64,000 bases of DNA from Alphaproteobacteria bacterium (GCA_965214705.1 OZ243972.1:512001-576000); one strand, 5' to 3'. Counted from the stretch's first letter, positions 31,836 to 42,832 are shown. The notes: generated by a model from the sequence alone, not told the origin. Numbers and translations are program-made.

Positions 31836-31975
31836 CGCGCGGGCGGCCCCTCTGCAGTTGACGACCCGGCGCGTCCCATGTTGCGTGCCGGATCGGTTCC
31901 GGCACCGGTTTCCGCAATCGGGTAGCCACCGCTAAGATGCGGCAGAGAGACAGCACGACGCGCGAGGGGGAGATC

Positions 31976-32923
31976 ATGGCACTGCATCCGCAGGTTCAGG
32001 AGTTCTGCGACGAAATCAACGCGATCGAGGTGCCGCCGCTCGCGGAACGGCCGCTCGACGAGGTACGGGAGGCCTTCAACGATCTGGTGATGGGCCTGCA
32101 GGCACCGGGCATTGACGTCGGCCGGGTCGAGGACCGCGATATCCCCGGCCCCAACGGGCCGATCCGCATCCGCCTCTACTGGCCCAAAGGGGCGGACCCC
32201 GCCACACCGCTACCCGTCTACGTCAACTACCACGGCAGCGGCTACGTGGTGCTCAGCATCGACACCCACGACGGTGTCTGCCGCGCGCTCTGCGAGGGGG
32301 CGGGCTGCATCGTGGTGGGGGTCAACTACTGCAAGGCGCCGGAGAACAAGTTTCCGAAGCCCACGGACGACGCCTGGGCATCGCTCTGCTGGGTCGCCGA
32401 GAACTGCGCCGAGATCGGCGGCGATCCGGCACGCATCGCCATCGGCGGCGATTCCGCCGGCGGCTGCATCACCGCCGTCACCGCGCAGCGGGCGAAGGCC
32501 GAGGGCGGGCCACCGCTGGTCTTCCAGCTCATGGTCTATCCGGTCACCGACACGGACGAAGGCCGCCCGTCCTACAAGACCTTCGCGGATGGCTACGTGC
32601 TCACCGCCGAGGCCATGACCTGGTTCTTCGATTGCTACTTCAACGACGACTCCGAGCGCTCGGACGTGCGCGCCGCACCGATCCGCGCCGACGACCTGAG
32701 CGGGTTGCCGCCGGCGATGGTGATGACCGCGAGCCACGATCCGCTCTTCGACGACGGCCGCGCATACGCCGATAGGCTCAAGGCGGCGGGCGTGCCCACC
32801 GACTACCGCAACTACGAGGGCCATATCCACGGCTTCTGGACCGCCACCGGGCGCTTCGACGTGACCGCCGAGGCGCACGCCACCGCCTGCGCCGCGCTGC
32901 GCGAGGCGTTCGGCACGAGCTAG
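31976..32923 (+). CDS. Alpha/beta hydrolase, HSL-family esterase
   Basis: HGSGY, GDSAGG, HDPL, HIHGF. Confidence 0.9.
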   Translation: MALHPQVQEFCDEINAIEVPPLAERPLDEVREAFNDLVMGLQAPGIDVGRVEDRDIPGPNGPIRIRLYWPKGADPATPLPVYVNYHGSGYVVLSIDTHDGVCRALCEGAGCIVVGVNYCKAPENKFPKPTDDAWASLCWVAENCAEIGGDPARIAIGGDSAGGCITAVTAQRAKAEGGPPLVFQLMVYPVTDTDEGRPSYKTFADGYVLTAEAMTWFFDCYFNDDSERSDVRAAPIRADDLSGLPPAMVMTASHDPLFDDGRAYADRLKAAGVPTDYRNYEGHIHGFWTATGRFDVTAEAHATACAALREAFGTS

Positions 32924-32937
32924 AGGAGGGACGCAGG

Positions 32938-35900
32938 ATGCTGCGAGTCGGGGTCGATACAGGAGGCACCAACACCGATCTCGTCGCTATCGACGAGGAC
33001 GGCGGGATCGTCGTCGCCAAGCGGCCGAGCACCGCCGCCGCGCCTGAAATCGGGGTGCTCGACGCCCTCGACGGCTCCGGCATCGCGCCGGAGGCGGTGC
33101 GCCACTTCGTGCTCGGAACCACCATCGCGACCAACGCGCGCCTTCAGGGAACCGGTGCGCGCGTCATCTACCTCGCGACGGCAGGCTTCGAGGACATTCC
33201 GCTGATCGGCAGCATTTCCCGCCCCCATGCCTACGACCTGAGCTGGCGCCGGCCGGAGCCGGGCGTGGCGCGGCGCGACTGCCTGGGCGTGCGCGAGCGG
33301 ATCGACTACCACGGCCACGTGATCACGGCGCTGGAAGACGCCGAGGTCGCCCGCGTCCTCGACGAGGTGGCGGCCGTGTTGGGCGAGAGCGGCAATGGTG
33401 CCAACGGCGCCGGCGCGGCCTGCTCCATCGCAGTCAACTTCCTGTTCAGCTATCGCAATCCTGTGCACGAGGCCGCGCTTGGCGCGGCGCTCCGCGAGCG
33501 CTTCCCCGGTCTCCCGGTCTCGCTCTCTCACGAGGTCGTGCCCATCTGGCGCGAGTACCACCGGGCGACCACGACCATCCTCGCCGCTTCGGTCCGGCCC
33601 ATCCTGCAGAGCTTCATCACCGATCTCGAGCGGGAACTGGAGGCGCGGTCGCTGCCGGCCCGGCTCGCTATCATGAAGTCCAACGGCGGCCAGATGCTCT
33701 CGGAACGGGCGCCGGACCGCACCGCCGAGATCTTTCTCTCCGGTCTCGCCGGCGGTGTGATTGGCGGCCACTACTTCGCTGCCGCCGAGGGCGCGGAGAA
33801 CGCCGTCACCTTCGACATGGGCGGCACGAGCTGCGACGTGGGCATGATCGAAGGTGGCGATTATCGCTCCGTGCCGCAGATCGACCTCGACTGGGGTATC
33901 CACGTCGTTGCCCCGCATATCGACTTCACCACCATCGGCGCCGGTGGCGGCTCGATCGCCTATGTGGGTCAGGACGGCCTGCTCAAGGTGGGGCCGCAGA
34001 GCGCCGGCGCGGAGCCCGGCCCGGCCTGCTACGGCAAGGGCGGGACGGAGCCCACGGTGACCGACGCCAACGTGGTGCTCGGCCGCATCGACCCCGACTA
34101 TTTCCTCGGTGGGCGGATGCCGCTCGACAGTGCCGCGGCACGCGTGGCGGTGGCTACGGTGGCGGAGCCGCTCGGCCTCACGGTCGAGGAGGCGGCGCTC
34201 ACCATCGTGGAGACCGTCAACGACAATATGGCGACGGCGGTGCGCCGCGTCACCATCGAGCGCGGCCTCGATTATCGCGATTTCGACCTGATCGCCTTCG
34301 GCGGCGCGGGCCCGGTCCACGGTGCCGAGCTCGCACGTGCGGTCGGAATGCGGCGGACCCTGGTGCCGCCCTATCCGGGGCTCTGCTCCGCCTTCGGCAC
34401 CGTGGTCGCCGATGTCCGCGTGGAGAAGAGCCGGACGGTCGCGTTCCGCTCCGACACGATGGCTTTAGGCGACATCGCCGAAGCCTACCGTTCGCTCGAA
34501 GAGCAGGCCGTGCGCGAGCTGCTGGAAGAGGGGTTCGAGGGCGAGCCGGTGATCACGCGCAGCGCATCCGCCCGTTACCGGCTGCAGAGCCATGAAATCG
34601 AGCTGCCGGTGACGCCGAGCGTGCTGGCGGGCACGGCTGCGGAGCTGGTGGAGACCTTCCACGCCGAACACGAGCGACGCTTCGACTTCAAGACGCCGGG
34701 CCACCCGGTGGAGATCGTGCGGCTCACGGTGCTCGCGCTCGGCGCGTCGGCGCCGCCGCGGCTGCCGGGGCTAGAGCCCGGCGAGGCGCCCGAGCCGGCG
34801 ACCAGGCGCGCGGTCTGGTTCCGCGGCGCGGGCGGGGTGGAGACGCCGGTCTACCGGCGGGATGCATTGGGCGCGGGCGTGACGATGGAAGGTCCAGCGG
34901 TCATCCTCGAAGAGGACTCCACGGTGATCGTGGCGCCCGACGACAGGCTGATCGTGCATGGCTCCGGCGTGCTGGAGATTGCGCCCGCGAGCGGCGCGCG
35001 CCGGGCACGGCTCCAGGGCAAGAGCGCGGCGGAGGACATGGTGACGCTCAACGTCATCCGCAACCGGCTCGATGCGATCTGCGACGAGATGGACCTGGAG
35101 GCCCTCCGTACCGCGCACTCGCCGCTGTTCAGCGAGTCCAAGGACTTCTCCTGCATGCTGTTCAACCGCGACCTGGAGCTGATCTCCCAGGCACAGAACA
35201 ACCCGGCGATCATTTGCGCCGGCTTGAACACGGTGCCCTTCGTGGTCGAGGAGCTGGGCGAGGACTATTTCGAGCCGGGCGACGTGGTCGTGCACAACGA
35301 CCCCTACCGCGGCTCCTGCCACATGCCCGAGCACATGCTGCTGGAAGGCATCTTCGTGGACGGCGAGCTGGTCGGCTATGCGGCGATTATCGCCCACATC
35401 GCCGAGATCGGCGGCATGGTGCCGGGCTCCTTCGCGGTCACGGCGAGCGAGGTCTATCAGGAAGGGCTGCGGCTGCCTCCGATCAAGCTGATGAAGCGTG
35501 GCGAGCATGTCGAGGAGCTGTGGAAGGTCATCCTCGCCAACCACCGCACCCCGGATGCGACCTTCGGCGACTTCCACGCCATGCTGGCGAGCCTCAAGGT
35601 GGCGGGCCGCCGTTTTCCGGAGCTGATCCGGGACTACGGCGTGGACACGATCGAGGCGGCGACCAAGGCGCTGATGGCGGCCTCCGAGCGCTGGATGCGC
35701 GAACAGATCAAGGCGATCCCGGACGGCACCTATTCCTTCGAAGACCGCTACGAGGACGATCCCCGGAATAGCACACCGCATGTCTTCCGCGTGGACGTGA
35801 CGGTCGACGACGACGAGATTCTGGTCGACTACAGCCGCTCCGACAAGCAGGTCGACGCCGCGATCAACCTGACCTATGTGGCGACGGCGGCTGCCTCCTA

Positions 35901-36858
35901 CACCGGTATCCTCCAGAGCATCAACGTGCGCGACGTCCCCCTCAATCAGGGCGTGTTCCGTACCATCACGATGATCTGCCCGCCGGGCAGCCTGCTCAAT
36001 GTCGAGCATCCGGGCAGCTCGGTCGGCGGCAACTCCGATGGCCAGCCCAGGGTCATCAACGCGATCTGGGGCGCCATGTCGCAGGCCTTGCCTGAGCGAA
36101 CCTGCGCCGCCGATGGCGGGACCAATTGCCTGTTGCCGATGGGCGGCGTGCATCCCGAGACCGGCGAGTATTTCGCCCATCTCCATCTCGAAGGCGGCGG
36201 CTGGGGCGCGCGGCACGACGCGGACGGCAACGCCAACCTGTTCTGTGCCCACGGCAGCACGATCGAGATCACGCCCATCGAGATTCTGGAGAGCCGCTTC
36301 CCGCTGCTTCATCACGCCTGCGCGCTGCGCCCGGATTCCGGCGGGCCGGGACGCAACCGGGGCGGCCTATCGGTCATGCGCCGGGTGAGCGTGTACGCCA
36401 AGGAGCTGACGGTAAGCGCGCTTTCCGACCGCCACTTCGTGGGTCCCTGGGGGCTGTTCGGCGGAAAGGAAGGCGGCACCCAGGCGTTCCGGGTCAAGCG
36501 CGTGGGCGACACGGAGTTCCGCACCTTCTCCGAGGCCTTCGGGCTGGAGAGCCCGACCAAGTTCGACAACGTCAAGGTCCACGAAGGCGACGAGCTGCTG
36601 CTGGAGGCGCCGGGCGGAGGCGGCTACGGCGACCCGCTGGAGCGGGCGCCGGCGCGGGTGCTTGCCGATGTGCTGGACCGCAACGTCACGCGCGAGGCGG
36701 CCGAGAGCGCTTACGGGGTGGTGCTCGCCGCCAGCAACGGCTCCCTCGCCGTGGACGAGGCCGCGACCGAGGCGCTCCGCACCCGGATGCGCGCCGCGCG
36801 GCCCGAGCCGCCGGCGGCGCCCGCGACCGTCTCGCCTTCCGCAGTGGCAGCCGAATAG
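32938..36858 (+). CDS. Fused hydantoinase A/B (5-oxoprolinase / acetone-carboxylase superfamily)
   Basis: GVDTGGTNTD, DMGGTSCD, GAGGGS, FGGAGP; B half HNDPYRGSCHMPE, PGGGGYGDPLER. Confidence 0.92.
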   Translation: MLRVGVDTGGTNTDLVAIDEDGGIVVAKRPSTAAAPEIGVLDALDGSGIAPEAVRHFVLGTTIATNARLQGTGARVIYLATAGFEDIPLIGSISRPHAYDLSWRRPEPGVARRDCLGVRERIDYHGHVITALEDAEVARVLDEVAAVLGESGNGANGAGAACSIAVNFLFSYRNPVHEAALGAALRERFPGLPVSLSHEVVPIWREYHRATTTILAASVRPILQSFITDLERELEARSLPARLAIMKSNGGQMLSERAPDRTAEIFLSGLAGGVIGGHYFAAAEGAENAVTFDMGGTSCDVGMIEGGDYRSVPQIDLDWGIHVVAPHIDFTTIGAGGGSIAYVGQDGLLKVGPQSAGAEPGPACYGKGGTEPTVTDANVVLGRIDPDYFLGGRMPLDSAAARVAVATVAEPLGLTVEEAALTIVETVNDNMATAVRRVTIERGLDYRDFDLIAFGGAGPVHGAELARAVGMRRTLVPPYPGLCSAFGTVVADVRVEKSRTVAFRSDTMALGDIAEAYRSLEEQAVRELLEEGFEGEPVITRSASARYRLQSHEIELPVTPSVLAGTAAELVETFHAEHERRFDFKTPGHPVEIVRLTVLALGASAPPRLPGLEPGEAPEPATRRAVWFRGAGGVETPVYRRDALGAGVTMEGPAVILEEDSTVIVAPDDRLIVHGSGVLEIAPASGARRARLQGKSAAEDMVTLNVIRNRLDAICDEMDLEALRTAHSPLFSESKDFSCMLFNRDLELISQAQNNPAIICAGLNTVPFVVEELGEDYFEPGDVVVHNDPYRGSCHMPEHMLLEGIFVDGELVGYAAIIAHIAEIGGMVPGSFAVTASEVYQEGLRLPPIKLMKRGEHVEELWKVILANHRTPDATFGDFHAMLASLKVAGRRFPELIRDYGVDTIEAATKALMAASERWMREQIKAIPDGTYSFEDRYEDDPRNSTPHVFRVDVTVDDDEILVDYSRSDKQVDAAINLTYVATAAASYTGILQSINVRDVPLNQGVFRTITMICPPGSLLNVEHPGSSVGGNSDGQPRVINAIWGAMSQALPERTCAADGGTNCLLPMGGVHPETGEYFAHLHLEGGGWGARHDADGNANLFCAHGSTIEITPIEILESRFPLLHHACALRPDSGGPGRNRGGLSVMRRVSVYAKELTVSALSDRHFVGPWGLFGGKEGGTQAFRVKRVGDTEFRTFSEAFGLESPTKFDNVKVHEGDELLLEAPGGGGYGDPLERAPARVLADVLDRNVTREAAESAYGVVLAASNGSLAVDEAATEALRTRMRAARPEPPAAPATVSPSAVAAE

Positions 36859-36867
36859 GGGGCGGCC

Positions 36868-37041
36868 ATGGGGCATTGGGAAGAGATCGAAAAGCCCTGG
36901 TACGAGGTAAAGATCGTCAACTGCTCGCTCTGCGGGCGCATGATCGCGCGCCGCCTTTGGGTGGTCGAGGAGCCGGAGCGACGGGTCTTCTGCGGCGAGA
37001 AATGCGCTCAGCTTGCCGAGCGTCGAGAGGGCGAGGCATAG
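36868..37041 (+). CDS. 57-aa Cys4 zinc-finger protein (not in the ORF track)
   Basis: Own translation MGHWEEIEKPWYEVKIVNCSLCGRMIARRLWVVEEPERRVFCGEKCAQLAERREGEA; starts 9 nt after the hydantoinase stop, behind AGGGGG. Confidence 0.7.
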   Translation: MGHWEEIEKPWYEVKIVNCSLCGRMIARRLWVVEEPERRVFCGEKCAQLAERREGEA

Positions 37042-37115
37042 GTCGCATTTCTCACCAGGGTCCCGGTCTGCGTCGCGCCCACCGCCCGCCGAGAGACCGC
37101 CCCTCCTCGCCCCGG

Positions 37116-37198
37116 CCCTCTCCTCCCGGGCGGGGAGGAGAGGGAGAGAGGGCGGCGCCACCTGCGCTCCCCCTCCGCCTTGTTAGAGGGGAGGGGGA
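37116..37198. repeat. Pair of REP-like CCCTC/GAGGG hairpins
   Basis: CCCTCTCCTCCC-gggcg-GGGAGGAGAGGG (37116-37144) and TCCCCCTCC...GGAGGGGGA. Confidence 0.6.
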
Positions 37199-37908
37199 CA
37201 GAGCCAGCTGGAATAAGCAATGTGTTGAGACGCGCGCCGCTCATTTTTTGGGCGGGACTCGCCGGGATCAGCTGGGATTAAGTTGGATTCCGCAGGGTTC
37301 CACGGGTCCACCGGCACCGACGTGACGGTGCGGGGCGGAGGCGGGGGCGTGACGGTACGGGGCGGCGGTGGGGGCGTCGGGCCCTCCACCTCCGCGCGGA
37401 TGATGGCGACGGCCTCCGGCGAGAGCCCGCCCTGGCGCTTGGCGCGCGCCATCTTCGCTGCCGCCTGCTCCCGGTCCGTGCGCAGCTTGTCGGTGCCCTC
37501 GATGCGCTTGAGGATAAGGGCGAGACGGGCGAGCTCCTGCGTCGACACGGGCTCTTCCCGGCCGCTGAGATCGGCCATGGTGGCGAGCACCATCGTCCGC
37601 AGGGTCTCGATGAGGATGAGCCCCGCCTGGCCCTCGGTGCGCTCGCCGAGCGCGTCTACCCACGCTTTGATCGTGCGGTCGGTCTCCTGCTGCTTGTGGA
37701 TCAGGTCGCGCTCGTTCTTGACGTAGCGGCCGACGGCGGAGCGGGAGCATGTACCGCCTCCGTCCCGGATGCGGGCGGTGATCTGGTCGATTGTGTCGCC
37801 GTCCGCGATGGCCTGATCGACGGCCTCGCGCAGTTTGTGCGGCAGGCGCTTGATGGAGGAGCGGCTGAACGCCGCCGCCGGCGTGGTCTGTCGGGTTTCG
37901 TTTTGCAT
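37183..37908 (-). CDS. DUF3486 / Mu gp27-like protein
   Basis: SSIKRLPHKLREAVDQAIADG-TIDQI...SRSAVGRY and GGLSPEAVAIIR motifs; start uncertain. Confidence 0.7.
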   Translation of the reverse strand: MQNETRQTTPAAAFSRSSIKRLPHKLREAVDQAIADGDTIDQITARIRDGGGTCSRSAVGRYVKNERDLIHKQQETDRTIKAWVDALGERTEGQAGLILIETLRTMVLATMADLSGREEPVSTQELARLALILKRIEGTDKLRTDREQAAAKMARAKRQGGLSPEAVAIIRAEVEGPTPPPPPRTVTPPPPPRTVTSVPVDPWNPAESNLIPADPGESRPKNERRASQHIAYSSWLCPPPL

Positions 37909-38189
37909 GGCGGGGATGTGCTCGCGGGCTGTTCGTTGGCTCATCCCGCGATGCTGCCCCGCGCCGCCCGCGCCTTCCACCGCACCATGTTGCGGGCTAC
38001 CGGGTCCGAGTCCGAGCCCCGCGCGGCCTTGGACGAAGCGTCCGGCAAGAAAGGCCGGGCCGCAGGCCCGGACGGCGCGACAGCGCCGCGCGCGTATGCG
38101 CGGAGCGCACGATCGCTCACGGCAGCTGGCCTGGGGCCGGTGCCTCCGCGTCGCGTGGCCTAGAATTCCCATCAGGGGGCCGCGCGTCC

Positions 38190-38876
38190 TCACTCCGGCA
38201 GCAGGCCTGCCTCCTTGAAGGAGACGTGGCGGGAGCGTCCGATCACCAGATGATCGTGGACGGTCACGCCGAGCGTGGCGCCGGCCTTCGCGACCTCTTT
38301 TGTGAGCTCGATGTCGGCGCGGGACGGGCTGGGATTGCCCGAGGGGTGGTTGTGCACCAGCACGACGGCGCTCGCACCGTGCTCCAGCGCCCGCTTGATC
38401 ACCTCGCGCGGATAGAGCACCACATGGTCGACCGTGCCGTGCTGCTGCTCCTCGTCGGCGATCAGCGCATTGTGGTTGTCGAGGAAGAGCACGCGGAAAT
38501 GCTCGGTCTTTTCCTTGCCGAGCCGCGCGGTGCAGTAGTCCAGCACCGCCTGCCAGGTGGCGATAACCGGGCGGCCGATGATCGGCTCCCGCAGCGTGCG
38601 CACGCCGAGCGCCTCGACCAGTTTGAGTGTGTGGACCACCCCGTCACCGACGCCTGCCACCTCCTTCAACGCCCCCTTCTCGGCGCCGAGCACGCCGCCG
38701 ATGGTGCCGAAGCGCTCGATCAGCCGCTTGGCGAGCGGCTTGACGTCGCGCCTGGGCAGCGCCTGGCAGAGCAGCAGCTCCAGCAGCTCGTAGTCGGGCA
38801 GGGCGTCAGCGCCCGCCTCGTCGAAGCGCCTGCGCAACCGTTCGCGATGGCCGTGAAAATGGGGCTTGTCCGCCAC
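38190..38876 (-). CDS. radC: RadC-family JAB-domain protein
   Basis: GHRERLRRRF, DYELLELLL, HNHPSG, VHDHLVIG; start uncertain. Confidence 0.93.
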   Translation of the reverse strand: MADKPHFHGHRERLRRRFDEAGADALPDYELLELLLCQALPRRDVKPLAKRLIERFGTIGGVLGAEKGALKEVAGVGDGVVHTLKLVEALGVRTLREPIIGRPVIATWQAVLDYCTARLGKEKTEHFRVLFLDNHNALIADEEQQHGTVDHVVLYPREVIKRALEHGASAVVLVHNHPSGNPSPSRADIELTKEVAKAGATLGVTVHDHLVIGRSRHVSFKEAGLLPE

Positions 38877-38889
38877 GGCAGCGGTACTC

Positions 38890-39741
38890 TCAACAGTTAT
38901 AGGGCGGCTTGGTGAGCCCGAGCGGGGAGAGCGTGAATATCTCGTGACCATCCCCGGTCACACCAATCGTGTGCTCGAACTGGGCTGAGAGCGAGCGGTC
39001 CTTGGTCACTGCGGTCCAGCCGTCCCTGAGCAGCTTCACCTGCCAGCCGCCGAGGTTGATCATGGGCTCGACGGTGAAGAACATGCCGGGCCTGAGCTGG
39101 GTGCCTGTGCCGGGCTCGCCGTAGTGCAACACGTTCGGCGCGTCGTGGAAGATGCGTCCGATGCCGTGGCCGCAGAAATCGCGCACCACGGCGCAGCGCT
39201 GGCCCTCGGCATAGCTCTGGATCGCGTGGCCGATATCGCCCAGCCGGGCGCCGGGCCTCACCGCCGCGATGCCGCGCATCATCGCCTCGTAGGTGATGTC
39301 GATCAGCCGGCGCGCCTTCACGCTCGGCTGGCCGACGTAGAACATGCGGCTGGTGTCCCCGTGCCAGCCCTCGAGGATCACGGTCACGTCGATGTTCAGC
39401 ATATCGCCCTTCTGCAGCCGCTTGTCGCCGGGGATGCCGTGGCAGACGACGTGATTGACCGAGGTGCAGATGGACTTCGGGTAGCCGCGGTAGCCGAGCG
39501 GAGCCGGCACCGCCCCATGGTCCACGATGTAGTCGTGGCAGAACCGATCGAGGGTGTCGGTGGTGACGCCGGGCTCGACCATCGGCGTCAACGCATCCAG
39601 CACCTCCGCCGCGAGCGTGCCGGCCTTACGCATTGCCGCGAAGGCGTCGGCGCCGTGGGTCTTGATGCTCCGCTCGATGACTTGCGCGCCGCCGGCAGTG
39701 GACACGGATGACCTCGCTCGCTGGTTACACGCGGCGAACAC
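38890..39741 (-). CDS. map: Type I methionine aminopeptidase
   Basis: SVNHVVCHGIP, GWHGDTSRM, GHGIG, EPMIN, SAQFEHT; start uncertain. Confidence 0.96.
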   Translation of the reverse strand: MFAACNQRARSSVSTAGGAQVIERSIKTHGADAFAAMRKAGTLAAEVLDALTPMVEPGVTTDTLDRFCHDYIVDHGAVPAPLGYRGYPKSICTSVNHVVCHGIPGDKRLQKGDMLNIDVTVILEGWHGDTSRMFYVGQPSVKARRLIDITYEAMMRGIAAVRPGARLGDIGHAIQSYAEGQRCAVVRDFCGHGIGRIFHDAPNVLHYGEPGTGTQLRPGMFFTVEPMINLGGWQVKLLRDGWTAVTKDRSLSAQFEHTIGVTGDGHEIFTLSPLGLTKPPYNC

Positions 39742-39811
39742 GACTCAACGCCGGAAATGCCAACCGCGCACAATCTAATCGGTATCGCTGGGCGTTCAAT
39801 AGACGCGGGCT

Positions 39812-40516
39812 CTAAACAGGGTCGACGACGGGGAGCGGGCGGTCCACGGCGATGCCCGCTGTGCTCAGGCGGCAGGCGTAGGCGAGGGCCTCGACGCTTC
39901 TCGCGCGTGCGTCGGCGAAGGCCGCGGCGTAGGCTGGGTCGATGTCGGCGGCCAGCGTGAAGCGGTCGCAGTCCTCGCGCTGGACGATGTAGAGCATCAC
40001 GGCGCGGGCGCCGCTCTCAGCCACCGCCGCGAGCTCGCGCAGGTGCTTCGTGCCGCGCGCGGTCACGCTGTCCGGAAACTCGGCGGCCGGGCCGCGCTTC
40101 AGGTGGACGTTCTTGACCTCGACGTAGCAGGGCGGGCGATCCGGCGCTTCCAGCAGAATGTCCACGCGCGAGCCCGCGCCGTAGGCGACCTCGCGGCGGA
40201 CGGTCTCGTAGCCGGCAAGCGCCGGGATGACGCCGCCCGAGATCGCCTCCTCGGCAAGCCGGTTGGGCCAGCCCGTGTTGACGCCCACCAGCCCGCCGTC
40301 GGCCCGCACCATCTCCCAGCTGTAGGAGAGCTTGCGCTTCGGGTTCGCGGTGGGCGAGAGCCAGGTTTCGAGGCCCTCGCCCACGAGCCCGGTCATCGCG
40401 CCGGGATTGGCGACATGGGCGGTGACGGTGCTGCCGTCGTCGAGGCAGTGGTCGCTGAGGAAGCGCTTGTAGCGCTTGAGCAGCGTCGCCCTGTGGAGGG
40501 GCAAGGGAAATTGCAT
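39812..40516 (-). CDS. sfsA: SfsA DNA/RNA nuclease-family protein
   Basis: KRYKRFL, NPGAMTGL, EVKNV, FPDSVTARGTKHLREL. Confidence 0.94.
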   Translation of the reverse strand: MQFPLPLHRATLLKRYKRFLSDHCLDDGSTVTAHVANPGAMTGLVGEGLETWLSPTANPKRKLSYSWEMVRADGGLVGVNTGWPNRLAEEAISGGVIPALAGYETVRREVAYGAGSRVDILLEAPDRPPCYVEVKNVHLKRGPAAEFPDSVTARGTKHLRELAAVAESGARAVMLYIVQREDCDRFTLAADIDPAYAAAFADARARSVEALAYACRLSTAGIAVDRPLPVVDPV

Positions 40517-40645
40517 CCCGTCTCATAAGCTGCCTCCTGCCGCCTGCTCAAGGGGCACGGTGCCATCGCACCGTGGCAGCCTCGCACGCCTCGCTCTATG
40601 CTCTGCGCCGTCTCGCACTCGCGCGCATCAACGAGCATCGCCGCC

Positions 40646-41422
40646 ATGTCGCAAGCCACCGTCACCGCCGCCCTGATCGTCATCGGCAACGAGATCCTCT
40701 CGGGCCGGACCAAGGACGTAAACGTCGCCTATCTCGCCCGCCAGCTGACCGCGCTCGGCATCCAGCTCGCCGAGGTCCGCATGGTGCGGGACGAGGAGCG
40801 CGCCATCATCGCCGCCGTAAACACGCTGCGCGCATCCCACGATTACGTGTTCACCACCGGCGGCATCGGCCCGACCCACGACGACATCACCTCCGAGGCA
40901 GTCGCCCGGGCCTTCAACCTGCCCTACCGGATCCACCCGGAGGCGAAGCGCATCCTCGAGGACTTCTACAAGGACACCGGTCGCGAGCTGAACGAGGCGC
41001 GGATGCGCATGGCGCACACGCCCGAGGGCGCCACGCTGATCGAGAACCCGGTGAGCCGGGCGCCGGGCTTCCGGGTCGAGAACGTCCACGTGCTGGCCGG
41101 CATCCCAGCGGTGATGCGCGCGATGTTCGAAAGCGTGGCGCCGACGCTGAGGGGCGGGCGCACGGTCAAGTCGCGCGAGATCGCCGTGCTGCTGGGCGAG
41201 GGCGACGTGGCCGCCCGGCTCGAAGGCCTGCAGGAGCGCTACCAGTCGCTGGAGATCGGCAGCTACCCCTTCGTCCGCGACGGCAACTTCGGCACGACAC
41301 TGGTGCTGCGCGGCACCAACGAGGACGAGATCGCCCGTGCCGCAGACGAGCTCAGCACCATTCTGCGCGAGCTCGGCGGCGAGCCGGAGACGCCGCCGGC
41401 GCCCCCCGCGCACATCGCTTAG
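40646..41422 (+). CDS. CinA-like molybdopterin-binding domain protein
   Basis: [29 protein letters not shown]. Confidence 0.88.
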   Translation: MSQATVTAALIVIGNEILSGRTKDVNVAYLARQLTALGIQLAEVRMVRDEERAIIAAVNTLRASHDYVFTTGGIGPTHDDITSEAVARAFNLPYRIHPEAKRILEDFYKDTGRELNEARMRMAHTPEGATLIENPVSRAPGFRVENVHVLAGIPAVMRAMFESVAPTLRGGRTVKSREIAVLLGEGDVAARLEGLQERYQSLEIGSYPFVRDGNFGTTLVLRGTNEDEIARAADELSTILRELGGEPETPPAPPAHIA

Positions 41423-42711
41423 ACGACGAAGCGGGGCCGGCGGGCGAGGCCCGGCTCCTCGTCGAGAGGTGGCACGAAGGCGTTGCCGCCCCGCTCGCTC
41501 ACCGTGTTCCGATAGGGCTTGAGCTCGAGGCGAGCGATCTGGTTGCGGTGAACCTCGTCCGGCCCGTCGGCGAGACGCAGCAGACGCGCGTTGGCGTAGG
41601 CCTTGGCGAGGCCGTAGTCGGCGGTGATGCCCGCGCCGCCGAAGGCCTGCATCGCCCAGTCGATCACCGTGCAGGCCATGTTGGGCGCGGCCACCTTGAT
41701 CATCGCGATCTCCTTGCGCGCGACCTTGTTGCCGACCGTGTCCATCATGTAGGCGGCCTTGAGCGTTAGGAGCCGCGCCTGCTCGATCATGATGCGGGCT
41801 TCCGCGATCCGCTCCTGCGTCACCGTCTGATCTGCAACGGGCTTGCCGAACGTGACGCGCATCTGCGTGCGCCGGCACATGCGCTCAAGCGCGCGCTCGG
41901 CGGTGCCGATCAGCCGCATGCAATGGTGGATGCGCCCCGGCCCGAGCCGCCCTTGGGCGATCTCGAAGCCCCGCCCCTCGCCCAGCAGCATGTTCGCCGC
42001 CGGCACGCGCACGTTCTCGAACAGCACCTCGGCATGGCCGTGCGGCGCGTCGTCGAAGCCGAAGACCGGGAGCATGCGCTTCACCGTGACGCCCGGCCAC
42101 GGCAGCGGCACGAGGATCATCGACTGCTGCTTGTGGCGATCCGGGTTCTCCGGGTCGGTCTTGCCCATCACGATGAGGATGCGGCAGCGGGGGTCCATTG
42201 CGCCGGAGGTCCACCACTTGCGGCCGTTGATGACGTACTCGTCGCCCACGCGCTCGATCCGGGTCTCGATGTTGGTGGCGTCGGAGGAGGCGACCTCGAC
42301 CTCGGTCATGGCGAAGGCGGAGCGGATCTCGCCGGCGAGGAGCGGGGTCAGCCATTCCTCGCGCTGCGCCTCGGTGCCGTAGCGGACCAGCACCTCCATG
42401 TTGCCGGTGTCGGGCGCCGAGCAATTGAAGGCCTCGGGCGCGAATAGGGAGCGTCCCATCTCCTCGCAGGCGGGCGCGTAATCGAGGTTGGAGAGACCGG
42501 CGCCGTAGTCGCTCTCGGGCAGGAACAGGTTCCACAGCCCCTCGGCCCTAGCCTTCGCCTTCAGCTCGTCGAGCAGCGGGATCGGCTGCCAGCGGTCGCC
42601 GTCGGCCACCTGCGCCAGCATCTCCTCTTCGTTGGGGTAGACGTGCGCCGCCATGAAGGCCGCCACCCGGTCGCGTACCTCTTTCGCCTTGTCGCCGATG
42701 TCAAAATTCAT
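41419..42711 (-). CDS. Acyl-CoA dehydrogenase (ACAD10/11-like)
   Basis: [43 protein letters not shown]. Confidence 0.93.
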   Translation of the reverse strand: MNFDIGDKAKEVRDRVAAFMAAHVYPNEEEMLAQVADGDRWQPIPLLDELKAKARAEGLWNLFLPESDYGAGLSNLDYAPACEEMGRSLFAPEAFNCSAPDTGNMEVLVRYGTEAQREEWLTPLLAGEIRSAFAMTEVEVASSDATNIETRIERVGDEYVINGRKWWTSGAMDPRCRILIVMGKTDPENPDRHKQQSMILVPLPWPGVTVKRMLPVFGFDDAPHGHAEVLFENVRVPAANMLLGEGRGFEIAQGRLGPGRIHHCMRLIGTAERALERMCRRTQMRVTFGKPVADQTVTQERIAEARIMIEQARLLTLKAAYMMDTVGNKVARKEIAMIKVAAPNMACTVIDWAMQAFGGAGITADYGLAKAYANARLLRLADGPDEVHRNQIARLELKPYRNTVSERGGNAFVPPLDEEPGLARRPRFVV

Positions 42712-42832
42712 GGGCCCTTCTTCCGGAAATGCGTGATGGTCCTGGGGGTCCTAACGAACCATCAGGGGGCGCAGACGGCAAGCCTCGGGCGGCTGTCCTC
42801 GTCGGTGCAGCGCCGTCGATCACTGCCTCCGA

